Shown here: positions 23,190 to 36,139 of the stretch, one piece after another
How the letters are laid out: the number at the start of each line of letters is the position of its first letter
Position numbering within the stretch: the stretch's first letter is position 1
Assembly (NCBI RefSeq): GCF_035594765.1
Contig: NC_085842.1
Span: forward strand, 83,738,782-83,802,781
DNA: 64,000 nucleotides
Direction: 5' to 3'
Source: Anolis carolinensis
Taxonomy: Eukaryota
Notes under the pieces: generated by a model
Database searches by the model: none
What the model was told of the DNA's origin: nothing
Seen by the model: only the letters and a program-made list of their open reading frames with translations
Made by a program: the position numbers and the translations under genes

Positions 23190-23350
23190 AGGCCACATTT
23201 ACACTGCCATATAATGCAGTTTGAAGCTGCATTATATGATCAGTATAGACTCATACAATACAGTTTAACTGCATTGAACTGCATTATGAGTCTACGCTGA
23301 CCATATAATACAACTTCAAACTGCATTATATGGCAGTGTAGATGGGGCCT
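23190..23350. mobile_element. PIF/Harbinger-like palindromic MITE
   Basis: aggcc..tacactgccatataatgcag / ctgcattatatggcagtgtagatggggcct inverted ends. Confidence 0.6.
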
Positions 23351-23985
23351 GAGTGGAGATTTGGATCCTCTTCTCCAGAGTCATAATTCAATGCTGAATG
23401 CACAACATGATGCCTGCTCTGTTAGTAACTGTATATTATTGTATTTTAGCTATTTTGTTAAAATGTATGTGGTAATCCACTTTGAATCTTATTTGAGGAG
23501 AAAGACAGGGCATAAATAAAATAAATAAACAATATCATTGTTTCTATTACACTGCAAAAGCTATTTATATCTAGATATTGAAGTTTAGATGTTTGTATAT
23601 AAACTGCATCTCTAACCAAAACAGAGAAGGGGAAATGTAGACATATGGCAGCAAATGACATAAAACATAAGTGAAGTTTTAACTAGATTTGATTGTGAGC
23701 AAGTCTGTGTTTTAGAGCAAACCTTGCTCTCCAAAAAAGTTATAAACAGGGTGGGTATTAACTTCACACAGAGAATAAGATACAAGAGCTACACTTCTCT
23801 CCCTCTATTCAACTCCACATTTTCCCCTGGAAAAAAAAAAACCCTTTCTGGACCCAACCTGCTGGAGAGTGGAATGAAATTCCATGGATGAGAGAGACGG
23901 GCATTTATTAGGAAGACAATTTTGTGTTAGCTTTGTAATACCTGCCTTTAAACTTTCACTGTCTGCCTGGCTCACTTTAGTAATA

Positions 23986-24251
23986 CAGTAGCAAATATGT
24001 TGGATAATAAGGAGGGATTAAGGAAAAGCCTATTAAACATCAAATTAGGTTATGATTTTACCAATTAAGCACCAAAACATCATGTTATACAACAAATTTG
24101 ACAGAAAAAGTAGTTCAATATGCAGTAATGCTATGTAGTAATTACTGTATTTACGAATTTATCACAATGTATTGAAAACATTGACTACAAAAATGCGTTG
24201 GATAATCCAGAACGTTGGATAAGCGAGTGTTGGATAAGTGAGACTCTACTG
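23986..24251. mobile_element. Tc1/mariner-pogo MITE, internally deleted
   Basis: Reverse-orientation copy of 17287-17615, ending ggataagtgagactctactg-TA. Confidence 0.8.
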
Positions 24252-24806
24252 TACTTGTTTGTTGACAGAGCCATGTTTCTCAGATGAGTCACACCATCAT
24301 GATTTCTTCTTAGATCCTAGGAATATGGACTTGGGGAAGTAGGGTGTTTATCATGGTACATATAACAGATTCTACTAATTTTAAAGAGGAAATGGACTGG
24401 ATATTTCTCCACTTTAATAGCTTCTGGGTTCATTTGGAAACCCTTACTGACTGGCCATGGCCTCACAAATGGCAGGCAATGACAATTCCCTCAGCTATTC
24501 CAATTCAATGTTGTCCAAACAGTTTGGATAGACCTGCAAAAGATTTCTGATAACAGTAGAGGCTGCTTCAGGCCTCTTTTTATTTCATTTTACTTTTCTT
24601 ATTTTTTCTTGGTACAACTCAAAGGAATGAGCAACACAAATATGTAGTGGCATTATTATTCATTTCATGTATTTTATTATATTATTATTAACACCATTAC
24701 CATTATTAACACCATCATTATCACTGGTATGTATTTATATAGTGCCGTCAATGCACACAGTGCTTGACAAGAAAAAGAACATGAAAAAACAGTTATCTGA
24801 CTTCAA

Positions 24807-24996
24807 GCTGTATAGCCATGTTCCAGGAGCATTTTATCCTGACTTTTCACCTGCACCTGTGGCTGGCATCTTCAGAACCTCTGAAGATGCCTGCTACAGA
24901 TGCAGGCAAAACGTCAGGACAGAAACATGGCTAAACAGCCTGGAAAACTCACAGCAACCCAGTGATTCCGGCTCTGAAAACCTTCGACAACATATT
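24807..24996 (+). mobile_element. Penelope-like fold-back fragment
   Basis: Inverted arm plus 3' end ccttcgacaac; flanking direct repeat TGACTTCAA. Confidence 0.7.
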
Positions 24997-25539
24997 TGAC
25001 TTCAAACTTACAATCTAAAGACATGACTTTTGTCTACTTTTCAGAAAAATGCTGCCTTTGCCAAAAATGGTTCACATTGAGAAAAATAAATGAGAGCAAG
25101 AGAAGCAATGTTTTCTGCTTTACAAACTAAAAAGACAAGACTTGGAAGAGAAAGGGAGTGAGAGCAAAAGTCAAGGAGGGAACCCAGTTTTTCAAGGCCA
25201 GGACAATGTGGAAAGTTGTAAGTAGACTCCCTGGTAATCTTGTTTGGCAAGAGGTGCCAAGATTGAGAAAGGAGCCATTCATCTGGAGGATGGCAGAGAG
25301 AAATACTTCCCTTCCAGTCGCCATCCCAGTATAGTAACAGGGAGAACCAAATGTCTTATTTCGCCTCTGACAGGTGACCTTCGTCCTAAGAAACAAAGGT
25401 CGCAGCCTCTCAGTAGTTCCTTGGCTGATGGCAGAGATCCTTCCTTTCTGCTCTACAGCCCTGGACCATTTAAATGATGCCTGGGATCTATCTTCCACTT
25501 ATTCCCCTTTTGTCTAGATTACTTGGAGAGGGGCTCTGT

Positions 25540-25718
25540 TCATTTTATGTTCATTATTTGTTAAAACTGTGCCTGAATTCGTTTGTGTCTTTATACTGCT
25601 TGTTACTTGTTTTTTATTGTCTTGTTTTATATTTTAACTTGTTTACATTATGTCTTTTGGGCTTGGCCCCGTGTTAGCTGCCTCAAGTCCCTTTGGGGAG
25701 ATGGTGGTGGGATACGAA

Positions 25719-25772
<54 letters not shown>
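25540..25772 (+). mobile_element. LINE (L2-like) 3' end with (TAA)n tail
   Basis: agtccctttggggagatggtggtgggata followed by (AAT)n at about 25719-25772. Confidence 0.5.
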
Positions 25773-25773
<1 letters not shown>

Positions 25774-26574
25774 GGCTTAATAAGGCTTAACAAAACTTCA
25801 GCCTCAGCTAAGGGACTAGAAGCCACTGAATTACAATCTTGATGAAAATCCTTTGTTTGGGAGAGTGTTTTCCATCCCACTTTCCGGGGAGATGGCATGT
25901 TAGTCCCACTGCCTCTCCTTTTTTATTGCCCAGCAAGTCTTCCTGAGATTGAGCTGTTGTTTTCCTCTCCTTTTTGTGCCTAGTTCCACCCGTAGGGATC
26001 CTCCCTTCTGCACTTCCTCTGCTTCTGTGGAGTTTACACCCGGTAGCAAGTCAGCTACTGCCTCCTGGCCCACCCTTCCTTCAGGTCCACCAGTCCTTGT
26101 TCAGACATGTTTTGCACATTCCCGTCTTTTCATCTTGCCTTTTAAGTCCTTCTCTCCGAGCCTTGATCACTCCTGACTGATCCTTCTTTTTGGAACCTGT
26201 CCAAAAGGTCTGGCTACTACAACATCCAGTGCCGACTTCTGCATTTTCTCAGGAGGGACAACTGTAACGACTTTTTGTAATTCAGGAAGACTTATTCCCT
26301 CCTGAGTCTTGTCTGTTCTCAAGCAGATTTGCAGGTCAATTTTTAAGACCACACACCTGTTTCCTTTCTGAACACTCCTGTAAAAGATTCACATTGCTAC
26401 TTGTAAAAACATTCTTTCTGCAGGGAGATGAATGACTATGACTTTTTAGAGTACAGATTTAAATTTGTATCGATTGTTTAATACAGGGTTGTCCTGTTTA
26501 TGGTAAACTGAGAAAAAGCATTTATGACATATTGTATATTACAGTTTTAAAGAAACTGCAGAGCAAACTAGTAC

Positions 26575-26812
26575 AGTACAATCATCTTATCCATTGATTC
26601 GGTATCCACAGTTTCACTTATCCACACTCCAAAAAATATCTCCCCCTCTTCCTGGAAGTGTTTGTGAGTTGCTCTAGGTCCTCCAGTGCAATTCTATGGT
26701 ATGACTCTGACCCAGGTATGCTCAAAATACAGGATTCACTGTTATCCATGATTTAAGGTATTCATGGATTTTTAAAAAATCCATCCCACAGGGATACAGG
26801 TGTTGTACTGTA
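26575..26812. mobile_element. Tigger-like MITE
   Basis: Inverted ends tacagtacaa / ttgtactgta. Confidence 0.55.
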
Positions 26813-29604
26813 ATGATTACATCTAGTAATAAGATTGGAAAACAAGAATGTGAGCCAGCTCCTGTGGTTATATATCCAGTTCCTAATCAGAAAGGTTTTA
26901 CAGATAATTTTGAGTACGCTCCAAATCCATCACAGTAAATGGAATGGTTTATAGAGCAGCTGGGCACATAAGGCAGATTAAGGAGATCTAGTGGTAATAG
27001 CCTGAAATTTTTGCTCTCAGCTGCTTAAGAAGATCAAAAACAATAAGGATGTCCTTCCATCTTAAATTAGGCTATTAAAATAAGAAAACCAGGAAATTAT
27101 TTTATTTAGAACTGGAAAAAAGTACTCTGTCTTTCATTCTAAGCACCTGATTGTCTTACCATTACTCCTGCCATCACTGCATTGCATCTGACTTCATTTT
27201 GGTGGATTTTGAGGTTCCTTGGCAAGAAGTAGATCTTAGAAGCTTGAAAAATGCCCACCAATAATATAAATTAGTGGTTCGCAACCTTTTTTTAACCAGG
27301 GCCCACTTGACCATGGACTAGGGACCATTTTGACCAGGGACCACTCTCCAACATTAGTACCAAAGGGGTTACAAATCAGTTTTTGGTCAACTTCTGATTT
27401 GGTTTGGTTATTTGGGGTGCTGATTCAGAAGGGAGTGGAAATAAAATAAATAAAATAAAATAAATAAAGATTAAGGAGGTTTGCAGACCGAATTTTGCTT
27501 CTCGCAGCCCACTGCTGGGCTGCGGCCCATGGGTTGGGATCCACTGGTATAAATAGAGGGAAAGCCTGTACTGTAAAAGTTCAAGCTGGCTGGGGCATTT
27601 GGTGGGGGACAGTAATCCTCAAAATATATTTTTGAAGCTCTGCAAGCACAAAAGTAATGGAATTAGGTTTTGGCCACTCTGTGTTAAAAATATTGGTGAG
27701 CAGTTTTGTGTTTGCATATGTGCCTCCAAGTTACTTGTCAACTTATGGTGACCCTGTACATTTCATAATGAGTTCTTATGTAAGGAATGCTCTGAGGTGG
27801 TCTCCCATTGCCTTCCTCTGTGATGAGCATCTGGCATTCCTTGGCAGCTCCCCATCTATTTATTTATTTGAGTCGATTTTTACCCCACTTTTCTCCCGCA
27901 CCAAGGTGAAACTCAAGTACTAACCAGTACAGACTTTCCAACATCAGGTGGAATTTAGAGCATTATAGATATGTAGGTGAATAGTTTCACCCATACTGAA
28001 ATGGTGTCCTCAAGTAAAGCCTTTTTGTTTTCAACTGTGAAAACCAGATCAGGGAATTTGGGAGTGGGACTCAGGTGGAAAATGGCCTTAATACCTTAAA
28101 GTCAACAGATCCCATCTGATTTTAGAAGCTTTCGTGGCTGGAGAACGCCAACTAATCCCAAGTGCTATAGTCTATATTTCAAAGGAAGGGACTGGCTAAA
28201 TAATTTTTGCATATTCTTTGTATAAAAAATTCCTACGAAATTCATCAAGTTGCAGTATATCAACATGCAATTTGAAGGTGCATACACATTTAGATAAGAA
28301 CTATTTTCTTTTGCAGCACTCTGTGACACTAGTACGGGCACGTCAATATTGGATTTTCAGCTATCTAAATTTCAGCTCTCTTTTCTTTACAGAAATCATC
28401 TGGAGGCTGAAAATGGAGTAGTCTCCCTTCTTCTTAGTTCCATTTCTTTATCTTCCTGGGTTCTGTTTCTCGGTTACATCAGAATGTGATGGAATTTGGG
28501 GGAGTGTTTCTGTAGGTGGGCTGGTGGACAGTGCTCTAGCAGATTTAGCTTGCCAAAACGGGATTTGCTTTTATTCTAAAGATCTGTATATTTATTTAAA
28601 GACTGTGGAGCCGATGACTCTGAGCTGTGTGTGGAGCTACAGCAATATTAAGAAGAGCCTGGAAGCCTTTGTGGGTGGTCATTTATGTTGCCATATGCAG
28701 ATATGAAATGTTGATCTGAATACAATATTTCTTGCCAAGAATAATCACATACATGCTTTTAAAAATGAAATCAACCCTCCATCCCCCGATACTTGTGTAC
28801 ACACTAGTGAACTTCTGCTCCTCACCACTGCCCTTACTTCGTCCCAATTCTTCCTTCTTTGTATGAACTGAGCGTTAGGAAGTTAACACAGAGCATGGTA
28901 AACAGGTAGAGGAAGAAACAAGCTCTAGGTGCACTGCTGGATCATACAGAGCAAGGATTGGTTTGCACAACCTATTTCCAAGCTGTTCATATCACGTTCT
29001 TTCCCCCTTTCTGGTGATTCCATCTGTACTTGACTGCTGAACAATAAAGGTCAGGCTGGGGTTCCCCTGGCTGTACTTCTGGTCCCCATCCGCTTTGATT
29101 AGCTTGTGCTTTGTCCTCCACCTCACCTATCCTGAGGTCATTTCCTTCCTTTCCTCCATATCTCCCCTCCCTCTTGTGTTTCTCTCAAGCCAAAGACATC
29201 ATTTTGCTGCCAGGGGTTTATAAAACTTCAGCCTTAGCAATACTTACTTATTTAGATGCCCCTAATATATACCATTAGGATATATTAGCTTCTATGTATT
29301 TTTCATTGTAAATGCCAGAATGCTGTACAGTAAGATCATGCACTTTCACTTACTCATACCTGGGGGGAAATGGAATTTCTAGGAATTTGCAAGGTTCTCC
29401 AGGAAATTCTATGGTATGCTTTCCCTGGAAGGAACTACAGAGTGACATTAGAGGAGTTCTAGAGATTTTCTAGAGAGAATACTCCCTGTGAATCTCTAGG
29501 TCCTCTATGGCAGGGCTTCTTAACCCTTTCCCACTTGCAATCTTTTTCCAACTGAGACATTTTTACATAACTCTGTGTATAGGTATAAAATCAAACCTTT
29601 TCTG

Positions 29605-29607
<3 letters not shown>

Positions 29608-29655
<48 letters not shown>

Positions 29656-29673
29656 CAACAACAACAACAACAA
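29608..29673. repeat. (TAA)n(CAA)n microsatellite
   Basis: Directly visible. Confidence 0.95.
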
Positions 29674-30858
29674 CCTGTCATAAGATATACTGCTGGCATC
29701 ATAAACTGGACACAGGTGGAACTGGACAATTTGGACAGAAAAACAAGAAAACTCTTGAGCATTCATCATTCACTGCACCCTTGCAGCGATATTGACTGGC
29801 TACATCTGCCTAGAAGATCTGGTGGCAGAGGACTTTTACAAGTAAAACAAGCAGTCAAAGAAGAAGAACATGCCCTGGCAGAATATGTAAAGCAACGAGA
29901 AGAATCTGCTTTGATTGAAGTCAAAAATCAGAAACTCCTCAAAGCACAGCAGACAAAAAACCAGTACAAGAAAACCGCACTACAAACTAGAGCTGACAGC
30001 TGGCACAACAAAACATTGCATGGAAAGTTCCTTGACAAAATTGAAGGAAAAGCTGATAAGGAGAAGACCTGGCTCTGGCTCACGAATGGGACCCTGAAGA
30101 AGGAGACAGAAGGCCTGATCCTTGCAGCCCAGGAGCAAACCATCAGAACCAATGCAATTAAGTCCTAGATCGAAAAATCAGCTGATGACCCAAAATGCAG
30201 ACTGTGCAAGGAAGCTGACGAAACCATTGATCATATCCTCAGCTGCTGTAAGAAAATCGCACAGACAGACTACAAACAGAGGCTCAACTATGTGGCCCAA
30301 ATGATTCACTGGAACTTATGCCTCAAGTACCACCTCCCTGCAGTAAAGAACTGGTGGGATCACAAACCTGTAAAGGTAGTGGAAAATGAACATGCAGAGA
30401 TACTGTGGGACTTTCAAATCCAGACTGACAAAGTTCTGGAACACAACACACCAGACATAACAGTTGTGGAAAAGAAAAAGGTTTGGATTATTGATGTCGC
30501 CATACCAGGTGACAGTCGAATTGATGAAAAACAACAGGAAAAACTCAGCTGCTATCAGGACCTCAAGACTGAACTTCAAAGACTCTGGCAGAAACCAGTA
30601 CAGGTGGTCCTGGTGGTGATCGGCACACTGGGTGCCGTGCCAAGAGATCTCAGCCGGCATTTGGAAACAATAGACATTGACAAAATTACGATCTGCCAAC
30701 TGCAAAAGACCACCCTACTGGGATCTGCGCGCATCATCCGAAAATACATCACACAGTCCTAGACACTTGGGAAGTGTTCGACTTGTGATTTTGTGATATG
30801 AAATCCAGCATAGCTATCTTGTTTGCTGTGTCATACTATGTCGTGTCAATAATAATAA
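29674..30858 (+). mobile_element. 5'-truncated R4/Dong-clade non-LTR retrotransposon
   Basis: One frame from 29674 to 30762 with a single stop at 30166: LPRRSGGRGL, CRLC..HILSCC zinc knuckle, restriction-like endonuclease PDI...IIDVAIP; short 3' UTR ending in (AAT)n. Confidence 0.88.
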
Positions 30859-31734
30859 GTTATTTATAGACTGCCCTATCTCCCCGAAGGGACTCAGGGA
30901 TGTTTCCAAGCATATGGCAACCATTCAATGCCCAAGGAAAACTATACAAAACAGTTTACATCAAAACAAAGCACATCAGACAATATAAACAACACTAACT
31001 GTAACTTAATAAACAAATGACAACCAACAAAATAAAATAGACAAAGCAGTCTCATAAAATACAAAGGGCTTGATAAAACACATAAAAATTATGTGTGTGT
31101 GTGTCAGTCACTCCTGCCTCAGCCAATCATTGACAAAATGGACACTGCTGAGTAATGTAAAACTGCAGTGCACAGATGGGACTGTAGTGAAGAAACAGGA
31201 TTCTTAATGATATAGACAAAAGTGGACTTAAATATTGATCATAATCAAATGAAAAGCTGACTGAAACACTGAGTCAGACCATTGTTCCATCTGCGCTAGT
31301 GTTGTCATCTCCCACTGGCTGGGTTTCAGTCAATTTCAGAACCCCCTCCAAGTTTCAGGCAGAAATCTTTTCTAGCTCTACTTGGAAATTCCTGCTACTC
31401 TCTGAAGTTTTGTCTTAACCAGGCTTAGCTTTTGAAATCAGATATAAACTGTGTTCATTCACAGGGTAAGGTTAATTCATAGGCTTTATGATTCATGAAA
31501 TCTGACTTAGAAGATCAGCATTAGGGTAATGTGGCTTTTTTTTGGTCTTCCACTGGTAGGTGAAGAATCTATCTTTAATGTAAACTGATGTTTAAGATCA
31601 ATCAGGCTTAATAATTCTTCAGTTGATTTTTAAATTCCACTTAAGAAGCCAAATGAAATAGTGTTTTTACTCATTTTCTTATTTGACAGATTGCTAGATT
31701 ATTTTTATGGTGTTGTAAATTAGTTAAACTAGCC

Positions 31735-31931
31735 TCCCCACACATGAGGTACCTAAATTTCCTACTTAATAGGTGCAACTATCTTTCAGGTTGCTTAGGT
31801 CAACAACAAGCTGGGCTATTTTAATGGTTGGGCGCTTAATCTGACGAGGGCTGGCTTCAAACTCGTGAGCTCTTGGTCAGTAGTAATTTATTGAAACTGG
31901 CTACTAACCAGCTGTGCCACAGCCCGGCCCT
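31735..31931 (-). mobile_element. tRNA-derived SINE
   Basis: Minus strand begins ggccgggctgtggcacagctggttag (A-box-like) with B-box-like gagtttgaagcc. Confidence 0.55.
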
Positions 31932-33344
31932 CGTGGTGCCTATTGTGTACATTATGATAACATTTTTCAGAATGAGCTAAACTGGTGGAGCTCAGTAGCT
32001 AACCAATGTTACACTCAAATATGTGTGATGTAATGTGAAAGCCCAATTTGGAAAGAGGATTGTTTGGAATAGAGAAGTACCAGGAGTGTGTGGGTAACTG
32101 TAGCTGGGACCTTGTTGCTGAGATTCTGTGCATTTCTCCCCAAATGTACATTTATAGTTCATGACAGAGTGCGAATTATAATCCAGCCATCAAAGATCAG
32201 CACACAAGCTCCTGGTTAATACACTTACACATGCCCCTAACTCTTTCTAAGGATACATCTACATTGTAGAATGAATGCAGTTTGACACCACTTTAATGGC
32301 TATATGCTACGGAATTCTGGGATTTGTAGCTTGATGAGGTGCCAGCACTATTTGGCAGAAAAGACTGAAGACCTTGTAATATCACAAATCCCAGGATTTT
32401 ATATCATGTCAGTTAAAAAGGTGTCAAACTGCATTCATTCTACAGTGCAGTTGCACTTGCATTTGAAGTCTTTCTCATTTCATAGTTTTATTTTTCATTC
32501 CCAATTTCTCTCACATAATTGGTTCTGTGTTTTCCTTCTCCTTTAGTTCAGTCTCCCTATTTCCCCCTTTTAACAGCAGCCAGAAACCACATGACAAGAT
32601 CTCTCTTGAACTTATAGCCCAATAGATAACCACAGCACAGAGGGAAGGATGTAGAGAGAATGGAAACCTCCATTTCCTTTTAGTTTCCTCATGATCTTGA
32701 AAAACACGGCAGACGAGTATCCTTGGGGCAGGAAGGGACAGAGGCTGACAGGCTGACTCAGTTCTTCTGAGCCAACTATCAGCACTTTGACAAATAAAGG
32801 AAATCCTGCTATCATGATACTGAGATGTGTTCTCACCTTCAAGCTGGAATCACTGACGTTTGCAATGCTGCTTGTACATACTGTCCCAATATTCCTAAGT
32901 TCCCCAGAAAAACTGCAACTACGTTTGCTGCACTGAATTGAAGGAGTTTGTTATTAGATGTTACGGAGAATAGATTCAACAGCAGTATCAATTTTACACT
33001 GCGAGTAATTTTAGGATAACAGTAGTTTATTCACTTCAGCCTCTGCCCTGCTTACACTTCTACGGGTGAATGAGAGGCAGAAGGGAGTTGAACGAGAATT
33101 GCCTCCATGGCCTGGCAAAATCAGAACTAAGACTGTGGCCTTGTCTTACGTTTACACCTCAGTGCTAGCTGTATATAAACAGCAGCAGGCTTTGGCATCT
33201 TTGGTGGACAGTGATTCAATAATGGCTGGAAAGAGGGAGCTGGTGGAGCATCTGAAACTTTCTGAAATCACTTAGCCTCCTAGGAAAGTTCAGTGGAGCC
33301 TGTTCCTTTGTCTGCAGGTGAAATTTCAAGGCTACTTTGGATGG

Positions 33345-33569
33345 GTTGTTGTATGTTTTCCGGGCTGTATGGCCATGTTCAGAAGTATTCTCTCCTGATG
33401 TTTCACCCATATCTATGGCAGGCATCCTTAGAGGTTGTGAGGGACCTCTGCGGATGCCTGCCATAGATGTGGGCGAAACGTCAGGAGAGAATACTTCTGG
33501 AACATGGCCATACAGCCCGGAAAACATACAACAACCCTGTGATCCCGGCCATGAAAGCCTTCGACAACA
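33345..33569 (+). mobile_element. Penelope-like fold-back element
   Basis: ~90-bp inverted arms; TSD CTACTTTGGATGG at 33332-33344 and 33570-33582. Confidence 0.85.
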
Positions 33570-34121
33570 CTACTTTGGATGGCATGATCATCTCATCTTG
33601 GCGTGGTAAATATGACTATGGCTCACTAGAGAAACCCAGAACGTATTATTGCAATAACTTAACAAGATTGCTTTATGCCATCTCTTCTCAACCAAATATA
33701 AAGGACTTGATTTTCAGATTGAGCTATTCTCTTTCTCCCCATATATTCACAGGGATAGGAGGGTTGGAGGAACAATAAAAACAGAGATGGAGCCATCCTA
33801 GTTTCTGTGGAAGGCTCTCCCCCCTTCCTATAACCCTCCCTCCCTTCTTCCTGTCATTATCCATTTTACAGCATAAGTAATTAAACAGCTGCAACTGCAC
33901 ACACATGTATGTATTTAGAGACCTATCATGTAATTCTGTGTTTTCCTTATATCAAAATGGAGGGAGAGGTATCCTTGCCAACTAGCAAAAAACTTGTGCT
34001 ATCATTTTTTTGTGCATTCTAGTTTTCAGCTTTCAGCTTTATAGTTAAGAGCCAGTGTGTGTGGTGTAGGGATGTGATTGTTGGACTAGGACTCTGGAGA
34101 GGAAGGTTTGAAGCTCAGCTG

Positions 34122-34441
34122 CAGAGCTTTCCAAACATTTCATGTTGGTGACATGCTTTTTAGGCATACATCATTTTGTGATACAGTAATTCAGTATTAC
34201 TAGCAAACAGGAAGTTAAACCAATCCCTTGCAAGAGATGTATATGGACACATACATAAATGGTAACAACAAAATGTACAGGGATGCAACATACCTCATCA
34301 AAAGCTTTCATTTATATTATTAAAAATACATGATTTATTGCTTTTTTCACATGAACTCAGATTTCTCGTTACTTTCATGCGATACAACTGCACTACAGCC
34401 GACACACAAATGTGTCACGTCACACAGTTTGGAAAGCTCTG
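34122..34441. mobile_element. hAT-like MITE nested in an old SINE
   Basis: Perfect 15-bp TIR CAGAGCTTTCCAAAC; TSD not evident. Confidence 0.65.
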
Positions 34442-34498
34442 CCCTATTGGGCCATGGAAACCCACTGGCCAAGCAAGACTCTTTTAACTCCAGAGGTG

Positions 34499-34778
34499 CA
34501 GAGCCCCCGGTGGTGTAGTGGCTTAAAGCCTTGTGACTTGAAGGTTGGGTTGCTGACCTGAAGGCTGCCAGGTTCGAGTCCAACCAGAGAGAGCGCGGAT
34601 GAGCTCCCTCTATCAGCTCCAGCTCCATGCGGGGACATGAGAGAAGCCTCCCACAAGGATGGTAAAAACATTTTAAAAAACATCCGGGCGTCCCCTGGGC
34701 AACATCTTTGCAGATGGCCAATTCTCTCACACCAGAAGTGACGTGCAGTTTCTCAAGTCACTCCTGACACACACAAAA
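34499..34778 (+). mobile_element. tRNA-derived SINE (Anolis SINE2-like)
   Basis: A box TGGTGTAGTGG, B box GGTTCGAGTCC, A-rich tail; TSD AACTCCAGAGGTG at 34486-34498 and 34779-34791. Confidence 0.8.
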
Positions 34779-35126
34779 AACTCCAGAGGTGGCGAAAAAT
34801 CTTGTACAAAAAACCACTAAGATATAGTTGTCATAAGTCAGAGTTGACTTTAAAGCACAGAGCAAAAATAAGTTTTTCAGCTAGAGTATAAGGGCTGCTC
34901 TACTGGTTACTCTCTGCTTTCTTGGGCTCATTTCCTGTTACAGTTGTATGTGTGGAGGCCAATGAAGATGCCCCAGTAAGAGCATTCCTTGGTAGCAAAG
35001 ATTTCTAGAATGAGGAAATAAAAACACAACACCACTCTAAGAGGGTAGAGCCCATTACTGTACCCGTGTCTCTTTCTGTGTGTCTTTCTGTCCCCCCTGC
35101 ATACACACATGGACACACATACACAG

Positions 35127-36139
35127 TAGACATATCCAAAAAAAATCATTTTGAATCGTATATCGAATTTATTTCAGATTGTTCTCACTTTTTGATACGT
35201 ATTCCGAGACATTGTCTCACAGCACAACCAGCAATGTAATTCGAACCATTGTTGGCCCATTCTCTAATTGTCTCTTAATGTTTCGTTAATTCCCACCCCC
35301 CAAATTTTTTTAAAATATATTTAAAAAAATTTTTTTTAATTTTTTTTGTTTCTGCAACCTACCTTGAATGGGAGCTTAGTGCAGCCTAACATGGCTGCCG
35401 CTCCCCGGCCAATCAGAAGCTTCCACGATGGACGCAAAGGTGGGAGCTAGGGTCCTCTGCATCCACGTGGAAGATTGCCATAAAAGCCCGTGGTGTAGCC
35501 CGGGCGAGCCATTCTGGGCTGGGCTTTGTGCGGAGAGGGTGGTGGTCTGCAAACGGAGAGCAAGCAAGCCTCTTGAGGGAGAGAGAGAGTGAAGGAGCCC
35601 AGTCTGGCTGTTCCCACAGAGGGCTTTGGAGAAAGGGTTAGGGTTTTGTTGCTGGTTCTTTCTCTTAGCAAGGGAATTTCTAGTTTTCAAAGTATCTTTG
35701 CACTCCTTGCCAGGGCATTGCTTGGCGTGGTGGTCACTGGTCCATTTCTAATTGAAGGCATTGGGTTGAGGCTTGTGGGATTACATAGCCAGAGACACCA
35801 TTGATTTCCAGTGTCCTTCTTGCTTACAAATATAGCAAGGGAATTTCTAGTTTTCAAAGTATCTTTGCACAACTTGCAAGGGCATTGCAAATTTGATGAG
35901 GATAGCTCAAGAAATGGGGGCGGGAGAGCCCTGTAAAAGTCCCCCCCCCTCGGGTTCCTTTTTTTGGTGATTGCGCATGCGCGTCCGCCATTTTAGAAAC
36001 ATTTAGAATCTTTACGAATTTTCAGAAATATCCAAACTTTTTGGGTGAAAAAATCTGAAATAATTTCTATATCGAAGTGCCATGGCCCCCTACTTTAGAA
36101 ACAAGAATTGAAACATTTTTCATTGATCGGACATGCCTA
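35127..36139. mobile_element. ~1-kb non-autonomous hAT element
   Basis: Imperfect TIR TAGACATATCC / GGACATGCCTA; perfect 8-bp TSD ATACACAG at 35119-35126 and 36140-36147. Confidence 0.82.

Noticed and set aside
25683-25898. Poly-Ile ORF (and poly-Leu ORF at 29563-29769)
   Set aside because: Translations of (TAA)n microsatellites.
34499-34590. tRNA gene-like A/B boxes here and at other SINE heads
   Set aside because: They continue into SINE bodies with tails and TSDs; no full cloverleaf.
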